64,000 nt of DNA from Gaiellales bacterium (GTDB taxonomy: Bacteria; Actinomycetota; Thermoleophilia; Gaiellales; JAICJC01), in contig JBJMJD010000050.1 in the NCBI GenBank assembly GCA_045806525.1, positions 21,177 through 85,176 on the forward strand, given 5' to 3'. Under the pieces are notes generated by a model. The model did no database searches. It saw only the letters and a program-made list of their open reading frames with translations, and was not told the DNA's origin. Of the stretch, positions 17,972 to 27,772 are shown piece by piece (within the stretch, counting starts at the first letter, position 1; every line of letters begins with the position of its first letter). Both the position numbers and the translations under genes were made by a program.

Positions 17972-20562
17972 CCAGCCACCTCGGCGAGCAGCTCCCGGGC
18001 TGCCTCGAGCTGTTCCTCGCGGCCGCCCAGCTCGCCGTTTCGGCGGCGGCGCAGCAGCTCGGCGAGGAGCGCGCCCACCTGCGGCGACTCCGGCATCCCC
18101 AGCTGCTCGCGCAGCGTATCCCCGTCGATGTCCAGGCGCAGATCGCGCAGCTGCGCCAGGTACAGCTCGGCGGACTCGGCCGCCGGCCCTTCCAGCGCCA
18201 CCACCATCAGCGCCACCTCGGCCGGATGCGGCGCCAGCAGCTCCGCGATCCGCGCCGGCTCGGCGGTCTCCGCGAGGGCCCCCGCGAGCCGCGGCGGCAC
18301 CACGGCCGCTGACGCCACCACGCGGGCGTCGCGCCGCCGTACCCGCAGCCGCTCCAGCCACTCGTCCAGCTCGCCGCCCGGGATACCCCGGGCGATCGCG
18401 GCCAGCCGCCCGCGCCAGGGCGGCAGCTCCGGCGCGTGGCGGCGCCGGGCGCGGTCGAGGCGCTCCACCAGGTGCACCGACTGCGGGCGGCAGTCGAGCG
18501 CCGGATGCACGGCGCCGGCCAGCCCCAGCTGATCGAGGCTGGCGAGCGCGCCCGACACCTCGCCCTCACTCAGGAGTGCCACCAGCTCGTCCCGCACGCG
18601 CGCCCCGGACAGGTCACCGACCAGCCCCATCTCGACACAGCTTCGGGCCAGCTGCAGGGTCAGCCCGTCCATGTCGAACCCGTAGCGGTTCTGGTAGCGG
18701 ATGGCCCGGAAGATGCGCGTCGGGTCCTCGATGAAGGACAGGTTGTGCAGCACCCGCACGATGCCGCGGCGGAGGTCGCCCTCGCCGCCGTAGGGGTCGA
18801 ACAGCAGGCCGAACTCGGCCGGCAGCAGCGACACGGCCATCGCGTTGATGGTGAAGTCGCGTCGGTGCAGATCCTGGCGGATCGACGAGTGCTCGACCGT
18901 GGGCAGGGCGGCCGGGTACTCGTAGTGCTCCGTGCGAGCGCTGGCCACGTCGACGCGCAGGTCGCCGGCCAGCACCACAGCGGTGTGGAACTTCGCGTGC
19001 GCGTGCATGCGGCCGTGCAGCGCCGCCGCCAGCCGCTCGGCGAAGGCGATGCCGTCCCCCTCGTAGGCGAGATCGATGTCGAAGCTGGGCTCGCCAAGCA
19101 GCAGGTCGCGCACGGCGCCGCCCACGAGGTAGACGCCGGCGTCGTCCGCGGCCGCCGCGGCGGCGGGCCACAGCCGCTCCAGTCCGGGCATGGCGCGCAG
19201 CCGGTCGCTGAGGTCGGTCGGGCGCTTCGGAGGCGCACCGGGTGGCGCATCGCGCAGCGCCCGCAGCAGATCGCCGCGGGTGATGATGCCGAGCACGTCG
19301 GCGGTCGGGTGCGGCCCGTCGTGGCCGTCGCGGGTCACGGCCAGGCGGCCGACCCCGCGCAGCAGCTCCCGCTGCACGTCGGCCAGGGTCGCGTCCGGCG
19401 AGACCCCCGCCACCTCGGCGCTCATGATGCCGCGCACCGGCGCGTGACCGAGGCCGTGGGCGATCGCGCGGCCCATGTCCTCACGCGCGACGACGCCCAC
19501 CATCTCGCCGCCGGAGGCGACCGGCACGCCGGAGGTGCCGCGGCGCCGGCACTCGGCCAGCGCGTCGTCGATGGTGCTGTCGGCCTCCACGAACCAGGGC
19601 GGCGCGGACATGATGTCGACTGCCCGCGGGCCGGCAGCGATGCCCAGCGCCAGCGCCGCACCCAGCCGGGTGCGGGCGCCCTCGAGCGTCTCGTCGCGCA
19701 CCAGCGCCGAGGCCGCCTGGGGGTGACCGCCGCCGCCCAGGGCAGCCATCACCGCGGCCACGTCGAACGCGGCCGTGCGGCTGCGCCCGGCCGCGAATAC
19801 GCGCCCGTCCATCTCCACCAGCATCACCATCGCGGGGCTGTCGGTGAGGTCGGTGATCTTGGAGGCGAGGGTGGATACGCCGTCCACGTACCGCGGCCAG
19901 CGCGCGGCCGCAACCAGCACCGCCACGCCGCCCAGCTCGAACTGCTCGGACGCATCGACCAGGGTGGTCAGCAGCGCACGGTGGTCGGCATCGAGCGGCG
20001 TGTGCAGGAACCCGCCGATCAGCTCCGGGTTCGCGCCGTGGCGGACGCAGAACGCGAGCGCCTCCACGTCGCGGACGGTGGTCGACGCATACGTCAGCGA
20101 CCCGGTGTCCTCGTGGATGCCCAGCGCCAGCACAGTCGCCTCGGTCGGCGTCGGCTCGATCCCGCGCTCGGCCAGGATGCCGGCCATGGTGCTGCTGAGG
20201 GCGCCGTCGCCGGAGCAGACGTAGCGTTCGTGCGCGACCCATGCCGGTGGCTCCGTGCCGTGGTGATCGAACAGCATGGTCTCCACCCCGGGACGCTGCA
20301 CCAGCTCCGCCATATCGCCCAGGCGGCCCAGCTGCGAGGTCTCGACCACGATCACCCTGGAGACCGCCGACAGGTCGCAGCGGGAGGCATCGACCAGGGC
20401 CAGCTCCTGCGCGTGCAGCGCGGCGAACTCGCGCACGTTGCGGTTGAGCCCACCGTGCGCGAGCACGGTCGCACCGGGGTACAGCCGGCGCGCCGCGAGC
20501 ATCGACCCGAGGGCGTCGAAATCCGTGTTCTGGTGGGAGATGATCACCTCTGCCGGCCGCAT
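17968..20562 (-). CDS. multidomain DHH/DHHA1 phosphoesterase - tandem CBS - poly(A) polymerase/CCA-adding tRNA nucleotidyltransferase
   Basis: 864 aa. N-terminal HQNTDFDALGS (DHH family) and GGGHPQAA (DHHA1). CBS pair in the middle. VYLVGGAVRDLLLGEPSFDIDLA is the nucleotidyltransferase head motif. Confidence 0.85.
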   Translation of the reverse strand: MRPAEVIISHQNTDFDALGSMLAARRLYPGATVLAHGGLNRNVREFAALHAQELALVDASRCDLSAVSRVIVVETSQLGRLGDMAELVQRPGVETMLFDHHGTEPPAWVAHERYVCSGDGALSSTMAGILAERGIEPTPTEATVLALGIHEDTGSLTYASTTVRDVEALAFCVRHGANPELIGGFLHTPLDADHRALLTTLVDASEQFELGGVAVLVAAARWPRYVDGVSTLASKITDLTDSPAMVMLVEMDGRVFAAGRSRTAAFDVAAVMAALGGGGHPQAASALVRDETLEGARTRLGAALALGIAAGPRAVDIMSAPPWFVEADSTIDDALAECRRRGTSGVPVASGGEMVGVVAREDMGRAIAHGLGHAPVRGIMSAEVAGVSPDATLADVQRELLRGVGRLAVTRDGHDGPHPTADVLGIITRGDLLRALRDAPPGAPPKRPTDLSDRLRAMPGLERLWPAAAAAADDAGVYLVGGAVRDLLLGEPSFDIDLAYEGDGIAFAERLAAALHGRMHAHAKFHTAVVLAGDLRVDVASARTEHYEYPAALPTVEHSSIRQDLHRRDFTINAMAVSLLPAEFGLLFDPYGGEGDLRRGIVRVLHNLSFIEDPTRIFRAIRYQNRYGFDMDGLTLQLARSCVEMGLVGDLSGARVRDELVALLSEGEVSGALASLDQLGLAGAVHPALDCRPQSVHLVERLDRARRRHAPELPPWRGRLAAIARGIPGGELDEWLERLRVRRRDARVVASAAVVPPRLAGALAETAEPARIAELLAPHPAEVALMVVALEGPAAESAELYLAQLRDLRLDIDGDTLREQLGMPESPQVGALLAELLRRRRNGELGGREEQLEAARELLAEVAG

Positions 20563-20582
20563 GCGCAGAGGGTACCGGAGCC

Positions 20583-20969
20583 CTACGTCAGCGCGATCGC
20601 CTCGATCTCCACGCGGGCGCCCGCCGGCAGCCCGGCGACCTGCACCGTGGAGCGGGCCGGCGGCTCGCTGGTGAAGTAGGTCGCATACACCTCGTTCATG
20701 GCCGCGAACTCGCCCAGGTCGGTCATGAACACGGTGGTCTTGACGACCTGGTTGAGGCCGCTGCCGGCGCCCTCCAGCACCGCCTTCAGGTTCTGCAGCG
20801 CGCGCTCGGTCTGGGCGGCGACGTCGCCCTCAACCATGTCGCCGGTGTCGGGGTCGAGCCCCACCTGGCCGGCGCAGAAGACCAGCCCGTCGGTGCGGAT
20901 GGCCTGGTTGTAGGGCGCGCCCTGGAACGGGCGGGGCGCGCCGTCGACGGCGATCACGGTCTTGCTCAC
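20583..20969 (-). CDS. ridA: RidA/YjgF-family reactive intermediate deaminase
   Basis: Last 128 aa of ORF 20583..22247 (GAPYNQAIRTDGLVFCAGQVGLDP..., ARSTVQVAGLPAGARVEIEAIA). GTG 20969 overlaps the hisD stop. Confidence 0.85.
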   Translation of the reverse strand: MSKTVIAVDGAPRPFQGAPYNQAIRTDGLVFCAGQVGLDPDTGDMVEGDVAAQTERALQNLKAVLEGAGSGLNQVVKTTVFMTDLGEFAAMNEVYATYFTSEPPARSTVQVAGLPAGARVEIEAIALT

Positions 20970-22243
20970 GTTGCGGCTCCTTCGGTCAATGACGATGCGT
21001 TGGCGAGGCGCTCGGCCCGCACCTCGGCCGAGCGGGCGTGGGCGGGCAGGCCCTCGGCCCGGGCCAGGTCGGCCAGCGGCGCCGCCAGTCGCTCGACGGC
21101 GGCGTCGGGGATCTCGACCACCTCCTGGATGCGCAGGAACACGCTCGTGGCCAGGCCCGACGAGAAGCGGCCGCGGCCGCCGGTGGGCAGGATGTGGTTC
21201 GAGCCGGCCACGTAGTCGCCGAACGCGGTGCCGCTCATCATGCCGATGAAGATGGCGCCGGCGTGCCGGACGCGCTCGAGCAGCGCCTGCGGGTCGGCCA
21301 CCATCAGCTGCAGATGCTCGGGCGCGTACGCGTTCACCAGCTCGATCGCGGTATCCCACGAGTCGGCCTGCAGCAGCGTGATGCCGGCGGGATCGGACAG
21401 CTCGGCCGACACCGCCGCAAGCACGGCGTCGTCCACGGCCACGAGCACCGACTGCGACCCGGCGCCGTGCTCGGCCTGGGCGCGCAGGTCCCACGCCACG
21501 ACCTCCGCCGGAGCCGTCTCGTCGGCCAGCACGATCAGCTCGCTGGGCCCGGCCAGCGACTCGATGCCGACCTCGCCGAACAGGCCGCGCTTGGCCTCCT
21601 CCACGAACGCGTTGCCGGGGCCGACCAGCACGTCCACGGGCCGGATCGTCTCCGTCCCAAGCGCCATGGCAGCCACCGCTTGGGCGCCGCCGATGGCGTA
21701 CACCTCCTCGACGCCGGCCAGGCTGCACGCTGCCAGCACGGCGTGTGAGGGCAGGCCGTCCGGACCCGGCGGCGAGCACACGGCGATCTCCTCGACCCCG
21801 GCCACCTGCGCGGGCACCAGCGCCATCACGGCGCTGGACGGGTAGGCCGCCCGGCCGCCGGGCGCGTACACGCCGGCGCGGTCGACCGGCATCGGGCGGG
21901 TGCTCACGATCTGCCCCTGGGCCAGCACCTGGCGGCTGGGCTGGGGCATCGTCTCGCGCGCGGTGGCGCGCAGGTTCTCGGTCAGCGTCTCGAGCGCCCC
22001 CAGCACGCCCGGCGACGTCTCCTTCAGCGAGCGCTTGATGGCGGCCGCCGACACCCGCGCCTGCTCCACGTCGACGCCGTCGAGACGGGCGGTGAGACGG
22101 CGCACGGCGGCGTCGCCGCCGCTTCGCACCATCTCCACGATGTCGGCCACCGAGCCCTTGACGCGCTCGCGGTCCTCGTCCGTGGGGCGCAGCGCCCGAA
22201 CCGTCTCCGGGACCATGGCGGCCGTTATCTGACGGGTCTCCAC
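20966..22243 (-). CDS. hisD: histidinol dehydrogenase
   Basis: 425 aa with full-length HisD similarity (QAEHGAGSQ, GDYVAGSNHILPTGG). Alternative start is ATG 22216. Confidence 0.95.
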   Translation of the reverse strand: METRQITAAMVPETVRALRPTDEDRERVKGSVADIVEMVRSGGDAAVRRLTARLDGVDVEQARVSAAAIKRSLKETSPGVLGALETLTENLRATARETMPQPSRQVLAQGQIVSTRPMPVDRAGVYAPGGRAAYPSSAVMALVPAQVAGVEEIAVCSPPGPDGLPSHAVLAACSLAGVEEVYAIGGAQAVAAMALGTETIRPVDVLVGPGNAFVEEAKRGLFGEVGIESLAGPSELIVLADETAPAEVVAWDLRAQAEHGAGSQSVLVAVDDAVLAAVSAELSDPAGITLLQADSWDTAIELVNAYAPEHLQLMVADPQALLERVRHAGAIFIGMMSGTAFGDYVAGSNHILPTGGRGRFSSGLATSVFLRIQEVVEIPDAAVERLAAPLADLARAEGLPAHARSAEVRAERLANASSLTEGAAT

Positions 22244-22293
22244 GCAAGCAGTCTAGTGAGGCTGGATCCAGCCTGCGGCCGCGCCGCCAGCGG

Positions 22294-22944
22294 CTACGCG
22301 GTGGCGGCAGGGACGGCGGCCAGCGCGCGGTAGCAGTCGCCGGCCAGCGTCATCGCCTCTCGGGCGCCCAGCTCCACCACATGGGCCAGATCCTCCTCGC
22401 CGCCGGCCAGCAGCGAAGGCACGTAGGTGAGCTGCAGCGACGGCTCGAGATCGCCAAAGCGGCGCCGTGCGGCCACCGTGGTCTCGTCGCGCGGAGCGGT
22501 CGCGTTGCGGGCCACCTCGTCGCGCAGGAAGTCGCCGAAGCAGGCCGCGATCGGCTCCGCGTCGAGCCTGCACGCGTCCAGCCGGTACACCGTCGCCTCG
22601 AACTGCAGGGGATCGTCGCCGGTGGCGTAGGCGTACTGGTCGCCCCAGGCAGTCTCGCCGATGAACCACCAGCCGTGGGCCCGTCCGTCCCATGACCGGC
22701 GCCAGCCCTCGGCGGCGTTCCAGCGGCGCATGTCGCGCACCGACCAGGGGCCGAGGCCGAACACGCGGAAGTAGCCTCCGTAGGCGTCCAGGCCGTTGCT
22801 GAGCGAGAGCAGCCGGGCGTGATCGAGCGGCAGCGGCGCCCCCGACCCGGACAGCAGCGAGGACGGCGCCAGCATGTCGGCGGCCGGGCGCGTGCGCACC
22901 AGCCCACGCGTCAGCAGCGCCGACAGGCAGCCGTCGACGCTCAC
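22294..22944 (-). CDS. hypothetical protein, SMI1/KNR4 (SUKH-1)-like
   Basis: 216 aa. [26 protein letters not shown] and [15 protein letters not shown] resemble SUKH motifs; this is a weak call made by eye. GTG 22944 overlaps the murA stop (GTGA). Confidence 0.5.
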   Translation of the reverse strand: MSVDGCLSALLTRGLVRTRPAADMLAPSSLLSGSGAPLPLDHARLLSLSNGLDAYGGYFRVFGLGPWSVRDMRRWNAAEGWRRSWDGRAHGWWFIGETAWGDQYAYATGDDPLQFEATVYRLDACRLDAEPIAACFGDFLRDEVARNATAPRDETTVAARRRFGDLEPSLQLTYVPSLLAGGEEDLAHVVELGAREAMTLAGDCYRALAAVPAATA

Positions 22945-24257
22945 GCCTCCACCCGCTCGATGCGTGCGCCCAGGTCGCGCAGGCGCTCGTCGATGCGCTC
23001 ATAGCCGCGGTCGATCTGGCCGACGTTGCCGATCCGGCTGGTGCCCTCCGCGCAGAGGCTGGCCATCAGCATCGCCATGCCGGCGCGGATGTCCGGGCTC
23101 TCCATGCGATAGCCGTAGAGCTTGCTGGGGCCGGTGACGACGGCGCGGTGCGGGTCGCAGAGGATGATGCGGGCGCCCATCGAGACCAGCTTGTCGGTGA
23201 ACACCAGCCGGTTCTCGAACATCTTCTCGAAGATCAGCACCGTGCCCTTGGCCTGGGTCGCCACCGCAACCGCGATCGAGGTCAGGTCGGCGGGGAACAT
23301 CGGCCACGGCCCGTCGTCGATCTTCGGCACCTGATCGTGGATGTCGTCGACCACCACCAGCTCCTGCCCGGGCGGCACGCGCACACTGGTACCCTGGATC
23401 TCGATCTCGACGCCCAGCCGCCGGAAGCTGTGGCGGATCGCGCGCAGGTGCTCGACGGCCGCGTCCTCGATCACGAGGTCGCCGCTGGTGACGGCGGCCA
23501 GGCCGATGAACGAGGCCACCTCGATGTGGTCTGACCCGACCCGGTGCGTGCAGCCGTGCAGCGCATCTGCGCCCTCGATCACGAGCACGTTCGAGCCGAT
23601 CCCCTCGATGGCGACGCCCATCTTGCAGAGCATGTGGCACAGGTCCTGCACGTGCGGCTCGCAGGCCGCGTTCATGATCACGGTCGTGCCGCGGGCGCGG
23701 GCGGACGCCATCAGCGCATTCTCGGTGCCGGTGACGCTGGCCTCGTCGAGGTGGATCTCGGCGCCATCGAGGCCGTCAGGAGCGCGCAGGCGGTACTCGC
23801 GGTCGACCTGCACGTCGGCGCCCAGCGCGGCGAACGCCATCAGGTGGGTGTCGACCCGGCGCCGGCCGATCACGTCGCCGCCGGGAGGCGGCACGTCAGC
23901 GGCCCCGAAGCGCGCCAGCAGCGGCCCGGCCAGCAGGATCGAGGCGCGGATGCGGGTGCACAGCTCGGGGTCGAGCTTGGTGCCGTTGACCTCGGCCGCC
24001 CACACCCGCACGGTGTTCGGGCCTTGCCACTCGACGTCGACCCCGAGCGCCGCGATCAGCTCGATCATCTCCTCGACGTCGCGGATGTGCGGCACGTTCT
24101 CGAGGATGACGGGCTCCCCGGTGAGCAGGCAGGCGGCGAGGATCGGAAGGGCCGCGTTCTTGTTGCCGGCCGGCCTGATGGTGCCAGACAGCGGCCGACA
24201 GCCCTCGATCAGGAATGCCTCCACAGTGCCCTCTCGCGTCGCGGTCGCCATGGCCAT
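22941..24257 (-). CDS. murA: UDP-N-acetylglucosamine 1-carboxyvinyltransferase (Asp variant at the fosfomycin-target position)
   Basis: 438 aa with full-length MurA similarity. The active-site loop reads [16 protein letters not shown], where E. coli has PGGCxIGARPVDLH. Confidence 0.95.
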   Translation of the reverse strand: MAMATATREGTVEAFLIEGCRPLSGTIRPAGNKNAALPILAACLLTGEPVILENVPHIRDVEEMIELIAALGVDVEWQGPNTVRVWAAEVNGTKLDPELCTRIRASILLAGPLLARFGAADVPPPGGDVIGRRRVDTHLMAFAALGADVQVDREYRLRAPDGLDGAEIHLDEASVTGTENALMASARARGTTVIMNAACEPHVQDLCHMLCKMGVAIEGIGSNVLVIEGADALHGCTHRVGSDHIEVASFIGLAAVTSGDLVIEDAAVEHLRAIRHSFRRLGVEIEIQGTSVRVPPGQELVVVDDIHDQVPKIDDGPWPMFPADLTSIAVAVATQAKGTVLIFEKMFENRLVFTDKLVSMGARIILCDPHRAVVTGPSKLYGYRMESPDIRAGMAMLMASLCAEGTSRIGNVGQIDRGYERIDERLRDLGARIERVEA

Positions 24258-24310
24258 CTAGGGTAGCCCCATTCGACCCGTTTGCCCCTGGTTCCTGCTA
24301 TTTTCGCGGC

Positions 24311-24883
24311 ATGGACGAGCAACTGGTACGCGACCGTGACGCCGCGTGGGCGCTGCTCACGGAGTGGACGCAGAGCGAGGCGCTGCGCCGCCACGCGCTG
24401 GCGGTGGAGGCGTCGGTGCGCGCGTACGCGGGCTCGTTCGGCGAGGACGTGGACGCCTGGGGCAACGTGGCGCTGCTGCACGACTTCGACTACGAGCGGC
24501 ACCCCACGCTCGACAAGCATCCCTCCGACGGAGCGCCGGTGCTGCGCGAGAAGGGCTATCCGGAGTGGTTCATCCGCGCCATCCAGTCGCACGGCGACCA
24601 CACCGGCGTGGCCCGCGAGTCACAGCTCGAGCGCACGCTCTACGCCTGCGACGAGGTGTCGGGGTTCGTGCACGCGTGCGGCCTGGTGCGGCCGGACGGG
24701 CTGACGTCGCTGGAGGCGAGGTCGGTGCGAAAGAAGCTGAAGCAGCCCAGCTTCGCGAAGGGCGTGAACCGCGACGACGTCATCCAGGGAGCCGAGCAGC
24801 TCGGCGTCGACCTGGACGAGCACATCACGTTCGTGATCGCGGCGCTGCGGCCGATCTCGGCCCAGCTGGGCCTGCGCAGCTAA
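24311..24883 (+). CDS. HD-domain (HDIG-type) metal-dependent phosphohydrolase
   Basis: Taken from ATG 24311: ...RRHALAVEASV...ALLHDFDYE...SHGDHTG. These H..HD..D motifs fit the HD family. The ORF track start 24215 lies inside the divergent murA intergenic region. Confidence 0.75.
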   Translation: MDEQLVRDRDAAWALLTEWTQSEALRRHALAVEASVRAYAGSFGEDVDAWGNVALLHDFDYERHPTLDKHPSDGAPVLREKGYPEWFIRAIQSHGDHTGVARESQLERTLYACDEVSGFVHACGLVRPDGLTSLEARSVRKKLKQPSFAKGVNRDDVIQGAEQLGVDLDEHITFVIAALRPISAQLGLRS

Positions 24884-25976
24884 GCGCGTCCGCCAGGCGC
24901 TCCACGTCGTCGTCGCTCGTCCATGCGCCGACGGAGACCCGCAGCCAGGGCGTGTCGGGGATGTAGCGCGCGAGGATGCCCTGTGCGCCCAGCCGCTCGT
25001 TGAGGGCGACGGTGTCCTCCTGCCCGGCGACGGTAAGGGCGATCAGCGGTGCGCCATCGTTGCCGTGGTCGGCCACCGTCACGCCGGGCTGCCGGCGCAG
25101 GCGCTCGCGGGCGCGGCTCGCGTTGTCGGCGGTCTGGGCCAGCCAGCCGGCGCGACCGCCGGGCAGCGATTCCACCCACTCGATGGCGGCGCCGATGCCG
25201 GCCACCGTGACGGTGTCGAGGGTGCCGCTGTCGAAGCGGGCGGCGGTCGGCAGGAAGTCGCCGACCACTCCCTGCTCCAGGTTCCAGTAGCTCGACTGGG
25301 ATGTCCACGCGCGGTCCCACCACTGCGGGGACACCCACAGGCCGCCGCTGCCCTGCGGGCCGAGCAGCCACTTCTGGCCGGAGAACGCGTAGAAGTCGGC
25401 GCCGGTCGCGGCGGCGTCGACGGCGATCGCGCCGGCCGACTGGGCGCCGTCCAGGAGCAGCGACGCCCCGGCCTCGTGCGCGGCCGCGGAGATCGCGGCC
25501 ACGTCAAGCACCCGGCCGGTCGTCCACAGCACGTGCGAGACGGCCACCATCCGGGTGCCGTCGCCGATACCGTCCAGCAGCCGCTCGGGCGGCAACTCGA
25601 CGACGCGCACGCCGAAGCGACGGGCGATCACATCCAGCGGGCTGCGGATGCCTGGGTGCTCGTCGGTCGTGGTCAGCACCTCGTCGCCGGCCTGCCAGTC
25701 GATGCCAGAGATGACGATCCCGACGCCCTGCGTGGTGGAGCTGGTCAGCGCGATCTGCTCGGGCGGCGCACCCACGGCACGACCGAGCGCTGCGCGGGCG
25801 CGGTCGCGCAGGTCGCGATAGTGCTGGAAGGCGGCCATGCCGATGCGGGGCTCGGCCAGGGACATGTCCAGCTCGCGCCGCATGGCCTCGGCGGCGGGGC
25901 GGGGCAGCGGCCCGTTGGTGCCGGCGTTCAGGTAGGCAACGCCCTCCACCGAGGGCAGGTCGGACCGGATGCTCAC
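24825..25976 (-). CDS. class V aminotransferase-fold PLP enzyme (cysteine desulfurase/SufS/IscS-like superfamily)
   Basis: 383 aa. AYLNAGTNGP N-terminus and FYAFSGQKWLLGPQG (PLP-Lys region). GTG overlaps the stop of the upstream EEP gene. Its 3' end overlaps the convergent HD gene by 59 nt. Confidence 0.8.
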   Translation of the reverse strand: MSIRSDLPSVEGVAYLNAGTNGPLPRPAAEAMRRELDMSLAEPRIGMAAFQHYRDLRDRARAALGRAVGAPPEQIALTSSTTQGVGIVISGIDWQAGDEVLTTTDEHPGIRSPLDVIARRFGVRVVELPPERLLDGIGDGTRMVAVSHVLWTTGRVLDVAAISAAAHEAGASLLLDGAQSAGAIAVDAAATGADFYAFSGQKWLLGPQGSGGLWVSPQWWDRAWTSQSSYWNLEQGVVGDFLPTAARFDSGTLDTVTVAGIGAAIEWVESLPGGRAGWLAQTADNASRARERLRRQPGVTVADHGNDGAPLIALTVAGQEDTVALNERLGAQGILARYIPDTPWLRVSVGAWTSDDDVERLADALSCAGPAGPRSAAAPRSRT

Positions 25977-26782
25977 AATGTCACCACCGCGTCGACGGGA
26001 TCATGGTCAGAGAGGCGGACGGGCAGCTCTCCGTCCAGGTACAGGTCGCGGAGCTCGGGCGGCCACGGCGCCGGTCGGGACGACACCTGCATGCCGCGGA
26101 CGAAGAGGTGATCGACGCCGGGATGCAGCTTCGTGGTGTCCTCGATCCAGCCGCGTGCGGCGAGCGCCCGCAGGCCGCGAGAGCCGGCATCGGCATTCAG
26201 GTCGCCGCCCAGCAGCATCGGGGCGCCGCGTGCGAAGCGTTCGAGCACGTAGCCGGCCCGTTCCAGCTGCTGGCGGTTGTCACCGGAGTCGGAATGGACG
26301 TTGGCGAGCGCGAGCTCGCGGCCGGCGGATCGGTGGCGGAGTCGCACCAGCTGGGCGATGCGAGGCTCACCGCGAAGGCGGCGGCGGTCGTTGATCTGGA
26401 CGCGGCGGGCCGACACGAGCAGCAGCTCGGAACCGTAGAGGACGGCGTTGGCCTGGCCCTCGACCTGGGTGCGGACGAGGTCGGGCAGGGCCTTGCCCAC
26501 GGCGGCACCGAGCGCCAGCGGCAGGGGCACGTGCAGGAACGGGATGTGGGCGCCGTAGGCGGGGGCCAGCGTGACGCCCATGCCGGTGCGCTCGCGAAGC
26601 AGGGCGCCGGCCCACACCGGCACCTCCTGCAGCAGCACCAGGTCTGGCGCGTCACGGACGATCAGCTCGCACATCTCATCGAGCAGCTTGCGATGGACGT
26701 GGCCGTGCTGGCGGTCGGGAGGGATGTCGCGGCCGTGGGCGATGTTCCAGGCGCGGACGTGGATGCGTACGGGATCGCTCAC
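25973..26782 (-). CDS. endonuclease/exonuclease/phosphatase (EEP) family protein
   Basis: Last 269 aa of ORF 25973..27949, from GTG 26782 (RAWNIAHG..., LVLLQEV, LANVH, GGDLNA, SDHDPV). These are classic EEP motifs. Confidence 0.75.
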   Translation of the reverse strand: MSDPVRIHVRAWNIAHGRDIPPDRQHGHVHRKLLDEMCELIVRDAPDLVLLQEVPVWAGALLRERTGMGVTLAPAYGAHIPFLHVPLPLALGAAVGKALPDLVRTQVEGQANAVLYGSELLLVSARRVQINDRRRLRGEPRIAQLVRLRHRSAGRELALANVHSDSGDNRQQLERAGYVLERFARGAPMLLGGDLNADAGSRGLRALAARGWIEDTTKLHPGVDHLFVRGMQVSSRPAPWPPELRDLYLDGELPVRLSDHDPVDAVVTL

Positions 26783-26830
26783 CAGGGCGATGCTACCGGG
26801 CCACCGCCGGGCACCGGTAGCATCCCCGGC

Positions 26831-27175
26831 ATGAGGATTCCCGGGAGGGCTCGCTTCGGAGACGTGATCGGACGGCAGCTGGCGATGTTCGCCGACGACC
26901 ACCGCGACCTGATGCTGCGGGTCGAGCAGGCGCGCGTCTCCTACACGCATGCGGGCGCGAGCGAGGCGGAGGAGCGCTACGGCGACTACATGGACCTGGT
27001 TGAGGAGGCGGAGGAAGAGCTGCTGGCGCTGCGCGACCGGTATGCGGAGAGGATGGCGGCACGGGATCGGATGCGATACGAGCGCGAGTTCTCGAAGGCG
27101 GCGGAGAGGCGGCTGCCGTCGCTGGTGGTGCGGCGCATCTACCAGCGCGCGATGGATCCGGATCTTGACGAGTGA
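26831..27175 (+). CDS. hypothetical protein (114 aa), charged and helical
   Basis: Tail of ORF 26003..27175, from ATG 26831. High GC3. Ends 3 nt before the dedA start. No family recognised. Confidence 0.45.
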   Translation: MRIPGRARFGDVIGRQLAMFADDHRDLMLRVEQARVSYTHAGASEAEERYGDYMDLVEEAEEELLALRDRYAERMAARDRMRYEREFSKAAERRLPSLVVRRIYQRAMDPDLDE

Positions 27176-27178
27176 GAT

Positions 27179-27760
27179 GTGAGCACGCTGGTCGGCTGGT
27201 TCGAGAACCACGCCTACCTGCTCGTGTTCGTGACGGTGACGCTGGAGCTGGTGGGGGTGCCGTTTCCGTCTGAGACGATCCTGATCGGCGCCGGCGCCGC
27301 GGCGGCGGCGGGACACCTGAACGTGCTCCTGGTGATGGGCGTGGCGGCGATCGCGGCGACGCTGGGCGCGCTGGGCGGATACGAGATCGGGCGGATCGGC
27401 GGGCGACCGCTGCTGGACCGGCTGGTGGCGCGGGGCTGGCCTCGGCAGCAGCAGGTGCTGCGGGTCGAGGAGTTCTTCGGGCGGCACGGCGGCAAGTCGC
27501 TGGTGGGAGCGCGATTCGTGCCGTTCGTGCGGATCTTCGCGCCCTGGATGGCCGGGGCGGCGGGGATGCCGCTGCGCCAGTTCGCGGCGTGGAACGTGGT
27601 CGGTGCGGTGGCGTGGGTGGTGATCGTGACCGGCGGCGGGTTCCTGTTCGGAGAATCGCTGGCGGCGATCGAGGCCAGCGTCGGGCCGGTGGCGGCGGTG
27701 GTGGCGGCGGTGGCCGTGGCGGGGCTGTTCGTCCTGCATCGCGTCCGAGCCCGCGACTAG
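27179..27760 (+). CDS. DedA-family (SNARE-associated/VTT domain) membrane protein
   Basis: 193 aa. Typical DedA N-terminus (...YLLVFVTVTLELVGVPFPSETILIGAG) and GR...R(F)VPFVR motif. Confidence 0.8.
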   Translation: MSTLVGWFENHAYLLVFVTVTLELVGVPFPSETILIGAGAAAAAGHLNVLLVMGVAAIAATLGALGGYEIGRIGGRPLLDRLVARGWPRQQQVLRVEEFFGRHGGKSLVGARFVPFVRIFAPWMAGAAGMPLRQFAAWNVVGAVAWVVIVTGGGFLFGESLAAIEASVGPVAAVVAAVAVAGLFVLHRVRARD

Positions 27761-27772
27761 CCTCCGGCGTCC

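Noticed and set aside
22260-22273. Perfect 14-nt palindrome GGCTGGATCCAGCC between the SUKH-like gene and hisD
   Set aside because: The stem is too short for a convincing terminator (5 bp with a 4-nt loop). I know no matching operator consensus, and it could be chance in a short spacer. Recorded only.
24825-24883. 59-nt convergent 3'-end overlap between the HD-domain gene and the class V aminotransferase-fold gene
   Set aside because: Both ends are fixed by stop codons, and both C-terminal tails look like non-conserved read-on. This is probably a benign overlap rather than a regulatory antisense arrangement.
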